Source of the DNA: a virus
Taxonomy: Duplodnaviria; Caudoviricetes
IMG/VR virus record: IMGVR_UViG_3300030330_003013
Location: 2,669-66,668 of that record
Direction: 5' to 3' (one strand)
DNA: 64,000 nt
Shown: piece after piece, positions 9,872 to 18,879 of the stretch
Layout: every line of letters begins with the position of its first letter
Position numbering within the stretch: position 1 is the first letter of the stretch
Notes under the pieces: model-generated
Told to the model about the DNA's origin: nothing
The model's database searches: none
Seen by the model: the letters and a program-made list of their open reading frames with translations, nothing else
Made by a program: the position numbers and the translations under genes

Positions 9872-10148
9872 GTATATTCACACCCTCCTTTTCCGTATAA
9901 ACCCAATACATAAAACATTGTTGTTTGTTATCGTATTCTCTCCTAATCTCCGGCATACCATGAGCGACTTTGCAAATCCTCACGGAAGAAATACGGGGCT
10001 CGCAGGGGGATACCTTGCGGCGCATCTCTTTGATGGCCGAGACAATGGAGTTAGCCGTCATTGGAGTCTTGCTTTCTTGCAAGACCTCAATTATCCACTT
10101 CTTGACGAAGTGGTTGCGGCGTTTCCCCCTCTTCCCCATTCGATTCAC
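9825..10148 (-). CDS. Winged-helix-like DNA-binding protein
   Basis: Basic; WIIEVLQESKTPMTANSIVSAI...YDNKQQCFMYW resembles a wHTH. Confidence 0.5.
   Translation of the reverse strand: MNRMGKRGKRRNHFVKKWIIEVLQESKTPMTANSIVSAIKEMRRKVSPCEPRISSVRICKVAHGMPEIRREYDNKQQCFMYWVYTEKEGVNIHDNQESRFDKPIESQ
9893..9903 (-). promoter_or_regulatory. Variant promoter GGTTTATACGG
   Basis: One mismatch to the 11-mer; about 22 nt upstream of the clamp-like ATG (9871). Confidence 0.55.
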
Positions 10149-11088
10149 CCCACTTCAAGAAGGGCAACCCAAACCATTCTGCGTTACCGTTGCTGACCTT
10201 TAACACATCATGTGTAGTGCCTAAGTGTTCTTGATTCATACCCTTCATTTCGTTAATGGTGGCTCTCACGACCCATTCATTGTCCTCAAGGGTATTATCT
10301 GCGGCCACACCAGCGGCTATGTCTCCCTCTTTACTAAAGCGAGTTAGCCAAATCTGCTGAGAGAAGAGCCTCTTTGTTCCAGCCTCCCATTCCGGCGTTT
10401 CTCCGACCTTCATTAGACCCTTCTGACCGCCGCCAACATCCATCCATTCCTTTACATCTTTTAGGTGGAAAGTGTAGCCTACAAACGGCACTTGCAACTG
10501 ATGCGCTCTATTGATTACATCTCTATACAATTGATTTCTAACTCGCCATTCGGCTTGATTGAATCTCTCGCCTTCTTCCTTGATGATGCCCCGCTTTAGC
10601 AAAACTTCCGTCATACTAAACTCGCACCACTTTAGGAATGTCGAGCATCCATCAAGAATTACTGCACCAATGTTACCATTTGCAACTTCTTCACCGATAA
10701 GGCGGATATACCACGCCATCTTTTCAACGAGAGCAACCCAATTTGTAGTATTGTCTTCATTGAATAATGAAGCATCCGATTCATCGAAGACAGATATGAT
10801 TCTAATTCTGTGCATCTCATGGGGATAATTAACGAGGATTGACTGTGCCGCTGAGTTATCAACATCAATAATTGCAACTTCCTTATCGGTTATACCGAGA
10901 GCCATTTCAGTTAGAAGACTACTTTTGCAAGTATTCTCCTTGCCTACTGCGGAAATCCTAATGGGGAAATGGTGTTCCCTCCTTTGTGTTAGAAGGTTGG
11001 CGTAATACTCACGCCCATATTGAGTCTCTTCCGCTGGTAATTGTGTGGCGGAGGATTGTTGGGCTTGACCCCAACCCATCATCCCCAC
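10087..11088 (-). CDS. RecA-superfamily P-loop ATPase (Sak4/AAA_24-like recombination protein)
   Basis: Walker A variant GKENTCKSS, IAIIDVD strand, Walker B AVILDG; adjacent to the putative SSB. Confidence 0.65.
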   Translation of the reverse strand: MGMMGWGQAQQSSATQLPAEETQYGREYYANLLTQRREHHFPIRISAVGKENTCKSSLLTEMALGITDKEVAIIDVDNSAAQSILVNYPHEMHRIRIISVFDESDASLFNEDNTTNWVALVEKMAWYIRLIGEEVANGNIGAVILDGCSTFLKWCEFSMTEVLLKRGIIKEEGERFNQAEWRVRNQLYRDVINRAHQLQVPFVGYTFHLKDVKEWMDVGGGQKGLMKVGETPEWEAGTKRLFSQQIWLTRFSKEGDIAAGVAADNTLEDNEWVVRATINEMKGMNQEHLGTTHDVLKVSNGNAEWFGLPFLKWGESNGEEGETPQPLRQEVDN

Positions 11089-12290
11089 CCCTCAATCAAG
11101 GAAGATTCATCCATGTCCGGCTCGACAGGCGCAGTAGCGATAGAGTCCTTAACGAACCAGCCCGTAGGTGTTAGGCGGGAGTCTCCATCCCTACCGACCC
11201 ATGCGCTTCCAACGACCGTTAGGACACTTCCTACTCCGAAGTCCAATAGGTCTTCTTGAGAAGATGGAATCCATAGGTCAATAGGCATTGATAGGGAAGT
11301 GTAGTCCAAATCACCGAGAGATAAGACGAATCCGCCTCTCTCTCGTGGGTCAATGTGTATCACTTCTAAGTCCATGATAACCAAAGCATCCCACTTCCTA
11401 CTCGGCTCAAGAGCCTCAAGGAATGTAGGTATATCTGCAAGAGTTGCAACATGGGTAATATCTAATCCTTCGACTTCCCATGTCGAAGGGTCTCCATTGA
11501 ATATACTTTCAACTTCGTTATCAATTACAAACTCACTAACTCCGTCTTTGAGATACAATTTACTTCCGTCTCTATTAGGCCGAGCGGCGATAGAACCAGC
11601 AGTAAATGTAGGGTATGATGCCCTGCTCATCTTCCCACTTGCAACAATCTGAACGAGTTGCAATTCGTCATCTGTTCCAGCCTTGCGGCCATAGAAATAA
11701 GATGTTCTTTCCGGCTCATTGAGAGGTCTTGCCGCTCCGTAGCGGAAGTTTGCATCCCCGCTGGGGTATGAGGGCATAGTGTTATTCCAAATGAGAGAGA
11801 AAGCCCTTCCACCGGAGATACCCATGCTATTCTTCGGCAAAACTTCCACATCATCTGTTCGTGTGCCTTCGGCAAACGAAGCCTTATTCAAAAGGCTCGG
11901 ATTTGCAAGTCTCGTATATCCACCGTTACCGTTGGGCTCGTAAAACATGATACTTCCGAGAGAGACTAAGTTATTGATACCACTTGCAGGTAATGTCTCT
12001 AACTGCGTAGCCATCTTTTTGTATGATAATTCAGCAAAGTCCTTTGCTCGTGGAACGGACACAAATGCGCCCTCATAATTGATGCAACCGCTTGCGGCCA
12101 GCGAAGCCATCTTCTTTCTAACCATAGTTGCGGCCATACGCAGACAAATTGTATCTGCATCTGACTCAGTTTTACCAGCAGAAATTAGGTTCTCTTTGTG
12201 AGTCGCCTGTGCTTCTGCTAATTCTTTCGACAGTTGCTCAATCGAGCAACCAACATTCTTCGATATTCTTTCTAACATTGTGTTATCCAT
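11079..12290 (-). CDS. Putative OB-fold single-stranded DNA-binding protein (RPA-like)
   Basis: C-terminal OB-like strands (LEVIHIDPRERGGFVLSLGD...GSVLTVVGSAWVG), an acidic tail and an N-terminal helical domain. Confidence 0.55.
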   Translation of the reverse strand: MDNTMLERISKNVGCSIEQLSKELAEAQATHKENLISAGKTESDADTICLRMAATMVRKKMASLAASGCINYEGAFVSVPRAKDFAELSYKKMATQLETLPASGINNLVSLGSIMFYEPNGNGGYTRLANPSLLNKASFAEGTRTDDVEVLPKNSMGISGGRAFSLIWNNTMPSYPSGDANFRYGAARPLNEPERTSYFYGRKAGTDDELQLVQIVASGKMSRASYPTFTAGSIAARPNRDGSKLYLKDGVSEFVIDNEVESIFNGDPSTWEVEGLDITHVATLADIPTFLEALEPSRKWDALVIMDLEVIHIDPRERGGFVLSLGDLDYTSLSMPIDLWIPSSQEDLLDFGVGSVLTVVGSAWVGRDGDSRLTPTGWFVKDSIATAPVEPDMDESSLIEGWG

Positions 12291-12294
12291 TTTC

Positions 12295-13239
12295 TCACCT
12301 TTTGGGGTTATTCTGTCCTAAATCTGTCCTCCCTATAAACCCCGAACATAAAATACGACAGAAGTTCCATACAATTACTTCCGGCATGACCCCATTTATG
12401 AAATCGCGCTCGGATACAATCGCCGCTTCTATCACCGCCATTACGCTTTCGGATTTATTGGAGGGGTGATTAGTTGCAAAATTAAATATTTGCCTAATTA
12501 TCTGACGAGGGTTTCTCCCATCGAACATGGCTACTGCGCTTTCCACATCACGGTCATTAAAGCAGATGCGGAGGAATCTTTCGTAGTCAAAGCCTTCGGA
12601 GTAAAGAGTCTTGGTGTATTTGTCTCTATCTTCCTCGCTCATGTAGGCTATGGCTTGCAAAGCATTGATGCAGTTTCGGAGGTCGCCCGTATGTGCGTGT
12701 ATGATACGATTCAAATGCACATAATCCACCCACCTATCTTCTTTATTCATAATGTAGGTGAGTCTTGCAAGTATAGCCTCATCATCTATGGTATCAAACT
12801 CCATAAGGACACATCTCGACTTCAACCATTGGCTAATTTTGTTAATGTCGTTGCAAGTTAAAATGAACATACAACTCGCATTCTCTATAACCCCCTTTAG
12901 AGCCGATTGCGCCGCATTTGTAAGTTGGTCGGCTTCATCGAGGAAAATAATCATGGCTGGATTATTAGTTGCAACTAATGGTATTACATCTTCTTCAACA
13001 AACTCTATGCCCCGTTGGTTTTTGGTGGATGCGTTAAACTCGTGAATTGTAAATGCTAACTCTCTCGCTAAGGCTCTTGCAACGCTGGTCTTTCCCGTTC
13101 CAGCCTCCGCACTATGGAATAAATAATCCATCTTCGGTTGTCTCTTTAGCCTCGTTACTATTAGGTCTTGCCCGACCACTTCATCAAGCGTTTCCGGTCG
13201 GTATTTTTCACACCAAAGATTATTCCAACCGCCCATCAA
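12295..13239 (-). CDS. rfcS: Replication factor C small subunit (clamp loader)
   Basis: WCEKYRPETLDEVVGQ, GTGKTS, EFNAS, FLDEAD, SRC and GDLRNCINALQ RFC boxes. Confidence 0.93.
   Translation of the reverse strand: MMGGWNNLWCEKYRPETLDEVVGQDLIVTRLKRQPKMDYLFHSAEAGTGKTSVARALARELAFTIHEFNASTKNQRGIEFVEEDVIPLVATNNPAMIIFLDEADQLTNAAQSALKGVIENASCMFILTCNDINKISQWLKSRCVLMEFDTIDDEAILARLTYIMNKEDRWVDYVHLNRIIHAHTGDLRNCINALQAIAYMSEEDRDKYTKTLYSEGFDYERFLRICFNDRDVESAVAMFDGRNPRQIIRQIFNFATNHPSNKSESVMAVIEAAIVSERDFINGVMPEVIVWNFCRILCSGFIGRTDLGQNNPKR
12331..12341 (-). promoter_or_regulatory. Conserved TATA-type promoter GGTTTATAGGG
   Basis: About 41 nt upstream of the SSB ATG (12290), which has a GGTGA RBS. Confidence 0.65.
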
Positions 13240-13789
13240 ATACCCCCTTTATTCGCTCTAATGCCTCAATGAAAGTATCATACTCGTTTAACTCCGAAGT
13301 ATTTATGTGTCTGTCGAAGTGAGTATAATTCAAGTCCTTCTCGCTCTCATGTGCAAGGGCTTCAAGAGTAGCCCCTCGTTCAAATAAGTCATACCTGTCG
13401 CTTTCTAAGCGTATGCACACACCCCTATTCTCAACATACCTTTTCTCATTGAAATATCTCACATCATCAATAATTGCAAAATCATACGCCGATTGCTCTA
13501 TTGCTTTCAGCGTTTTTTTGACCCAATAATCAGCACCATAGAGTTTTCTTTTCAAAGCACCCCATGCTTGCAAAACGGGTCGTAGTTTTTCTTTGTCGCT
13601 CGCAAGCATCTCATCCCATGCCGCTTTCGCTTCCGGAGTATCACAAAAAGCCTGTCTCGCCTCTCTCCTAACTTCATCTGCGAAGGAGAATATCTGACTC
13701 TTAGGGATATGGTCTCTTAATCTGTGTGCGAGAGTTGTTTTCCCGCTTCTCATCGAGCCCGATATACCGATAATCCGTGTGTTTTCCAT
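13220..13789 (-). CDS. Deoxynucleoside monophosphate kinase
   Basis: IGISGSMRSGKTT, SFADEVR, RPVLQAWG and IDDVRYFNE are typical of viral dNMP kinases. Confidence 0.85.
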   Translation of the reverse strand: MENTRIIGISGSMRSGKTTLAHRLRDHIPKSQIFSFADEVRREARQAFCDTPEAKAAWDEMLASDKEKLRPVLQAWGALKRKLYGADYWVKKTLKAIEQSAYDFAIIDDVRYFNEKRYVENRGVCIRLESDRYDLFERGATLEALAHESEKDLNYTHFDRHINTSELNEYDTFIEALERIKGVFDGRLE

Positions 13790-13810
13790 AAGGCTAATGC
13801 GGTTCGTTTT

Positions 13811-13821
13811 CCCTATAAACC
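13811..13821 (-). promoter_or_regulatory. Conserved TATA-type promoter GGTTTATAGGG
   Basis: About 22 nt upstream of the dNMP kinase ATG (13789). Confidence 0.7.
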
Positions 13822-14226
13822 CCTCCTACAATGGAGGCAGGGTTCTTCTCCATCGGGCATCAATCGTTGCCTCCCACATTGAGAACATCGTTGCGCCTGT
13901 GTTCTTTCTGCGCCCGTCATGCACGAGACGGGTCTCGTAAGGGGTATATCTTCTTCGGATTGGATAAGGTCTCTCCTTATGTCGAATACCATGTGTTTTG
14001 TTTTACTACCGTTTAACTTTTCAACAACCGCATAACCAACACATTCTATTTGCACATTTTTTGCAAGAACGGAAGAAAGGGAATTATCGCTCGGCACTTC
14101 TCTTAGAGAGCGTTTATCCGCTAATTCTTTTGCAATTTCAACTCTCGTTAATGCGCCTTTTTCATAGAGAATATCCACGACCATACGGCGTAGCCGCCTG
14201 TTGTTTGCAGACATTAGTTTTTGCAA
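13813..14226 (-). CDS. wHTH protein with C-terminal zinc finger
   Basis: DILYEKGALTRVEIAKEL helix set; C-terminal CSQCG...CLHC. Confidence 0.65.
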   Translation of the reverse strand: MQKLMSANNRRLRRMVVDILYEKGALTRVEIAKELADKRSLREVPSDNSLSSVLAKNVQIECVGYAVVEKLNGSKTKHMVFDIRRDLIQSEEDIPLTRPVSCMTGAERTQAQRCSQCGRQRLMPDGEEPCLHCRRGL

Positions 14227-14241
14227 CTTTATTATGTTATA

Positions 14242-14418
14242 TTATTGGTTTTGAAAGGCCGCCATCCACGCTAAATCCTTCTCGGCCTGTGCTTGCTGTC
14301 TTTCCGCCGCCCCTTGATGCCTCACGACAACCCAAAAGGGAATAGTGAGATACCAACAAATCATCAAAGCAACCCAAAAGCCTACTAAAATAAACATAGC
14401 CAATACTACATTACCCAT
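14242..14418 (-). CDS. 58-aa membrane microprotein (not in ORF track)
   Basis: MGNVVLAMFILVGFWVALMICWYLTIPFWVVVRH...; long hydrophobic N-terminus; fills the gap. Confidence 0.6.
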   Translation of the reverse strand: MGNVVLAMFILVGFWVALMICWYLTIPFWVVVRHQGAAERQQAQAEKDLAWMAAFQNQ

Positions 14419-15059
14419 TTATCCACAACCTTATTCTTTTTCATTCCTTTAGGAATCATATCTCTTCCCTTCTCCCTAACTTCGTTTGCGAATGCAACAT
14501 CGTTTTGCAAAATTGTATCTATGTGCTTATCCGATGAACGCATATCGAGCAATACCTCATCGTCTTTTGCAAGTTTTGCAACAGGTATGTTGTGCGTCTC
14601 ACTATCTATACCGTAAGCGAACAATGAACGGGTGTAAGTATCCGGTAATGTTAGGTTAGATGCCGCAAGTAATCTCCAAAATTGAATATTATCCACGCCT
14701 CCTTTCAATGCTGAAAGCAAGTAGGGGATGGGTGCAGTTGCAAGTCTTTGGTGGATGAAGAGTCTTTGTGGATATTTCTTAATACCGCTAATCAAACGAT
14801 AGAGATTAGTCTTCGGTTTATCTTTCCATGCAACCAATACATCTTCGCTACTTTCAAAACGAGGCTTAGTTTTGCAACAAACAACCATTCTGTAAGGTAT
14901 GTAAGAAGCAAGCGTCTCCGCTTCTTCTTTTGTAAGACTGCCCTCAAGAATATAGGTAACTCCTTCTCTAACAGGCGGCTCGGTAATTCTGCTGCCGAGA
15001 TAAACAACTTCACCCTTCTCATAGTCAGAAGGCTCGTTTGTAAATATCACGCATCCCAC
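14406..15059 (-). CDS. Hypothetical protein in the replication cluster
   Basis: 217-aa ORF with RBS that tiles with its neighbours; no recognised motif. Confidence 0.6.
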   Translation of the reverse strand: MGCVIFTNEPSDYEKGEVVYLGSRITEPPVREGVTYILEGSLTKEEAETLASYIPYRMVVCCKTKPRFESSEDVLVAWKDKPKTNLYRLISGIKKYPQRLFIHQRLATAPIPYLLSALKGGVDNIQFWRLLAASNLTLPDTYTRSLFAYGIDSETHNIPVAKLAKDDEVLLDMRSSDKHIDTILQNDVAFANEVREKGRDMIPKGMKKNKVVDKWVM

Positions 15060-15295
15060 GACTCATTCCTCCTATACACCTTCACGCCTCCCTCATTCTT
15101 AGAAGTTATCTGCCCTTTGTATTCCATCATCGAAAGAAACCTTGAAACAGTATAGACACTAAAGCCGCCTTTGGGTTGGGTGGATTGTTGCAAAGCGAAA
15201 TCGAGTATATCATTCGCTGAAAACCATTCACTTCTCTTCCAATTCTCAACGGCTTTCTTCACCGCCGCTCTCCGATACTTCTTCGCCATCAGCAT
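15047..15295 (-). CDS. Small winged-helix protein
   Basis: WFSANDIL...SVYTVSRFLSMM...GVKVYRR resembles a wHTH. Confidence 0.55.
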   Translation of the reverse strand: MLMAKKYRRAAVKKAVENWKRSEWFSANDILDFALQQSTQPKGGFSVYTVSRFLSMMEYKGQITSKNEGGVKVYRRNESWDA

Positions 15296-15569
15296 ACTCC
15301 TCCGGAGTTATGGAGAAGGGGTCATAGATATAAACCCATTCCATGAATCTCCTCCATTGAGAAGCAGACAGATTCCACATTTCTCTCACGGCGTTTGCCG
15401 ATACCCGATAACGCCCCGAATACCATTGATAGCCGTTGGGTGTGAGCAAGCAAACCAAACCGTCATCGAGCATCTTATCAATGAGTTTAGGATATTCTGA
15501 TTTGGGGATGGGTCTTGCAATTAACTGATTGAAATGCACCCTCCATTTTACGGGCTCACCTGCGCTCAT
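15246..15569 (-). CDS. Hypothetical protein
   Basis: Tiles within the operon with an ATGA overlap. Confidence 0.55.
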   Translation of the reverse strand: MSAGEPVKWRVHFNQLIARPIPKSEYPKLIDKMLDDGLVCLLTPNGYQWYSGRYRVSANAVREMWNLSASQWRRFMEWVYIYDPFSITPEEYADGEEVSESGGEESR

Positions 15570-16189
15570 TCAATCACCTCAAACTCAGCATCAATAGTCG
15601 AGGGTGCTTTCAACGCCGCAAGCCTCAACTCCATAGTGTTCATCAACTGTGGGTGTTCTTGCAAAACATCAACAACCACACCGAGTATCCCTTGCACCTG
15701 TTGGTGTGCAAGCATCAATTGTGAATCAACGCCTATTTCTTTCTTGAGCGTTCCAATCAACTTCAACGACTGATTACCAGCGGCTACTAACTTAGTGGCT
15801 TCGGACAACCATTCTCTCGATATGCCGTCTTGCTCTTTCAACTCCTCCCATTCATCCAGCCATTGTTGGATGCGGGAAAAGACATCTTCGGCCATATCCA
15901 AAGTCGAGATAGCCTCCGACCTTGCTTCCTCTATCTGTTGAGCCTCCTTAGCATCGTAGGTAATATGTTCCTTCATGTGTTCCTCCACGATACCATCCGG
16001 CCAGCCGTGTTTAGATTCAAGGAAGGGAGGGGATTGTGTTCCATTTGCAACTAAAAACTCAAAGTCCTTCCTTTGAGGGTGGTTGCAAAGAGGACATTCG
16101 GGGCTCTCCAAAACCCAACGGAGGGCTTCTAAAACGATGGGGTCTTCCTCGACCTCTATTCGTTGCTCGATAAGCCACTTAGATTTCAC
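15566..16189 (-). CDS. CxxCxH + helical protein, possible terminase small subunit
   Basis: CPLCNHPQRKDFE, followed by an HTH-like segment and long amphipathic helices. Confidence 0.45.
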   Translation of the reverse strand: MKSKWLIEQRIEVEEDPIVLEALRWVLESPECPLCNHPQRKDFEFLVANGTQSPPFLESKHGWPDGIVEEHMKEHITYDAKEAQQIEEARSEAISTLDMAEDVFSRIQQWLDEWEELKEQDGISREWLSEATKLVAAGNQSLKLIGTLKKEIGVDSQLMLAHQQVQGILGVVVDVLQEHPQLMNTMELRLAALKAPSTIDAEFEVIE

Positions 16190-16197
16190 AATAACAC

Positions 16198-16533
16198 CTA
16201 ATATGTATGCTGGTCTGCGTCTATTTCATCCTTGCAAGTAATGCAAATTGTAACTAATGCTTCTGTATCAAAGATACATTCTTCCGGCATAACAACGCTC
16301 TCACACACATAACATTCCTGTGTTTTACTAAGACAGTCCTCACAGTAATACGCATTATCAATCAATTCATCTGTCGAAGGGGAGTTGCAAAAATCACAGG
16401 GCATAGCGTTTAGTATGTCTTCTAACGCATCAACTATTTCCTCTCGGTTAAAATCGGACAGACCAAAATTACCATCTAAATGCTCTTGAAAAACATCGAG
16501 AGCATCCAATACTTGCTCTATTTCATAGACCAT
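16198..16533 (-). CDS. Acidic double zinc-finger protein
   Basis: CDFC...CEDC...CYVC...CITC. Confidence 0.65.
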   Translation of the reverse strand: MVYEIEQVLDALDVFQEHLDGNFGLSDFNREEIVDALEDILNAMPCDFCNSPSTDELIDNAYYCEDCLSKTQECYVCESVVMPEECIFDTEALVTICITCKDEIDADQHTY

Positions 16534-16535
16534 GT

Positions 16536-16811
16536 TTAAGCCTCCTCTCCCTCTTTCTTAACCTTTTGCAAATATTCTTCGTTTATCCCCCACAAACAAA
16601 CATTACTTCCCTTCTCTTTTATTTGCAAAAAACGAGGGTCTGCCGTCATTAGTCTCGCTATTTGTTGTTTAGTGGGTGGGTTTCTGAACCTTCTTTTCTT
16701 GCCTCGTTGTGTTTTTATTTGTATATCAACTTGCATACCATTTATGGGTCTCGCACCATTTTTCCGTATGTGGTGGAAGACGGCATCTATGAATCTCCGG
16801 TGCTTAACCAC
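16536..16811 (-). CDS. Basic wHTH-like protein
   Basis: PTKQQIARLMTADPRF...CLWGI; similar in style to 21232..21537. Confidence 0.55.
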   Translation of the reverse strand: MVKHRRFIDAVFHHIRKNGARPINGMQVDIQIKTQRGKKRRFRNPPTKQQIARLMTADPRFLQIKEKGSNVCLWGINEEYLQKVKKEGEEA

Positions 16812-18103
16812 TAATCTTCACCATCCGGCATACCTATACGGCACATGACTCCTCTTCTCCCACGCTTGCCCGCTACTTGAGGCACATATTCCTTATACCA
16901 ATCTTCACCGATTAGATTCTCTTCAATCCAGCGTTTAGCCTGTTGATAATCGCCGTTTGTAATAGCCCTGCTGATTTCCTTAACTAACTTAGAACGGGGC
17001 ATATCCTCGTTCCAATATGTAGTCTTAATCAGCGCAAGGTCGGCATCCATAACATTCCTTCGCATTTGCAAGGATGAAGCAAGTATTCTTGCAAGTCTTT
17101 CATCAACGCCAACTGTAAGTATTTCACCACCTTTGTAATCCGGTTGCATCATAGCATAACCAATTGCAAGTCTTCTGAATAGGTCGCTCTCAAAGGAACG
17201 AACAGTATCTCTCAAAACCCATTCCTCAAACTCTTCGGTGAATTGCACACCGAGAGGGGGAGTTAGTGTTGCATCCATCATACGGCGAATGAACCATGAG
17301 CGCATTTCAATAGCCGCCGCCGCTAAGTCTGCCCTTTGCGCCGGAGTCATTCGTGCCTGTGCGTTCTGCGCCTTTTTGTATTGCAACTCTAAGCCCCTGT
17401 TCATCTCAATATCAATGATGAAGAACCTTCGGTCAAGTCCGGAGACCAATTCAAACCGAGCAGGTTGTGTTCCAGCCCATACTGTGTAACGAGTATTGTA
17501 TCTAACCCATCCATTTCTCATCCCCTTCTGAACCCTGCCGGAGTCAAGGGAAGTTAGCATTTGATTTTTCATATCCATACTGTGTTCCTTTCGGGTCGCA
17601 TCCGTGATTGATGAAAACTCTTCAAACCCTAAGAAGCCACCACACATCTCTCTTGCAAGTGGGCGACCACCAACATAACCGTCTTCGTTTATACTCCCGA
17701 ACATACCCGCTTCTGTAACGGACTGTGCGCCCATCATTGTTCTAAACCCGACACCGTTGAACCCATCGGGATTCCAAAGGAGACCCGTTCCTTCTGCAAG
17801 AAATAAATCAATCAACACATTCTTTCCCGAACCCTTAGCCCCACGCATGAGTATGTGTATGCGTGTGTCTGCGAGCCTCGACATTGGCGTGTATATTGGG
17901 TCGTTGTCGTGTCTCATCGGACAATCGGGGATAGAGAAGTAGTCATCTATTGGATTCGCTGGGTCGAAATCGCACCGACTACATTTGTTAATCGTATTGA
18001 ATATGTGCGCTCCTATACTACACAAAAAGATAGGCACTTTGTCTTGCACATTAACATAGTGGTTCTTATCGCAGAAATCTTGCAACTCATCGAATATATC
18101 CAT
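16811..18103 (-). CDS. mcm: MCM-family AAA+ helicase (minimal)
   Basis: HILMRGAKGSGKN (Walker A), VTEAGM, FLGFEEFS (Walker B), QKG...YNTRYTVWAGT (presensor-1), SGLDRRF (Arg finger). Confidence 0.75.
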   Translation of the reverse strand: MDIFDELQDFCDKNHYVNVQDKVPIFLCSIGAHIFNTINKCSRCDFDPANPIDDYFSIPDCPMRHDNDPIYTPMSRLADTRIHILMRGAKGSGKNVLIDLFLAEGTGLLWNPDGFNGVGFRTMMGAQSVTEAGMFGSINEDGYVGGRPLAREMCGGFLGFEEFSSITDATRKEHSMDMKNQMLTSLDSGRVQKGMRNGWVRYNTRYTVWAGTQPARFELVSGLDRRFFIIDIEMNRGLELQYKKAQNAQARMTPAQRADLAAAAIEMRSWFIRRMMDATLTPPLGVQFTEEFEEWVLRDTVRSFESDLFRRLAIGYAMMQPDYKGGEILTVGVDERLARILASSLQMRRNVMDADLALIKTTYWNEDMPRSKLVKEISRAITNGDYQQAKRWIEENLIGEDWYKEYVPQVAGKRGRRGVMCRIGMPDGED

Positions 18104-18111
18104 TTTTCCAC

Positions 18112-18879
18112 CTACTCATACGCTATGCCTTTGTAGTCGTTTTTTGCCTGTTTTAGTATTTGAGCAACCACGCCTTCGGCCTCTTTAGTTGCGGCCTCCC
18201 ATTCATCATATAATTCTTTTGCATCATCTAAGTTTATTTTGAGGTTCATAAAGGGCAATAGCCCTACACCATCGGCAAAGGCCGCTTTAATTAGGGGCGT
18301 TTCCACGCTTGCGGAGAAGCACATAACCATGCTTCGCAAATCGTATGCCTTGCAAATATACAATCCCGCATAAACGAACATGGGGATAGTTAATTCTTCG
18401 GGGATTTCCTCGCTCTCGTAAAGACGGCAAGCGGGCTCGTCAGCGAATGCGTCTTCCTTCCACCTAAAATCGGAATACATATCGGTTGTTGCAAATACGA
18501 CTTCGGTAATGTTTCTATATCTAATTAAAGTGCTAATCAATGCGTCTCTAACAATCGGATAACCAAACAACCAATGATTAGAGTTTTCGTGGCTGATTTG
18601 ATGAAGGCCGTTGATAGAAATTAACACCGCATCGGAGTCTTTAGTCTCATAGATATTCACCAAATCATCATCGTTGAATGCCTGTTGCAACGGTTTAACA
18701 TTGAGTAATTTTGAGAAGACATTTCCGACCTTTCTTCCCTCATTGGCTACTGTTCCGAATATGATTGCCGGAACAGGACATGGCTCTTGAGGGGAATAGA
18801 TAATCACCTTAGTTGGTTTGTCCGATGGAGGTTCATACCAAACCATCATACTCTCATTCTTTATTTCCGGCCCTCTCAA
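18112..18879 (-). CDS. Possible PAC2 (proteasome assembly chaperone)-like protein
   Basis: N-terminal AIIFG...GRKVGNVF and C-terminal LKINLDDAKELYDEWEAATKEAEGVV resemble the PAC2 layout; recognised by eye only. Confidence 0.4.
   Translation of the reverse strand: MRGPEIKNESMMVWYEPPSDKPTKVIIYSPQEPCPVPAIIFGTVANEGRKVGNVFSKLLNVKPLQQAFNDDDLVNIYETKDSDAVLISINGLHQISHENSNHWLFGYPIVRDALISTLIRYRNITEVVFATTDMYSDFRWKEDAFADEPACRLYESEEIPEELTIPMFVYAGLYICKAYDLRSMVMCFSASVETPLIKAAFADGVGLLPFMNLKINLDDAKELYDEWEAATKEAEGVVAQILKQAKNDYKGIAYE

Noticed and set aside
13220-13789. Hypermodified-base pathway implied by the dNMP kinase
   Set aside because: No thymidylate-synthase-like, PurZ, preQ0 or glycosyltransferase genes were recognised in the window.
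6497-18103. Inteins or introns in PolB, RFC or MCM
   Set aside because: The protein lengths are compact and the motifs contiguous; no splice-junction motifs seen.
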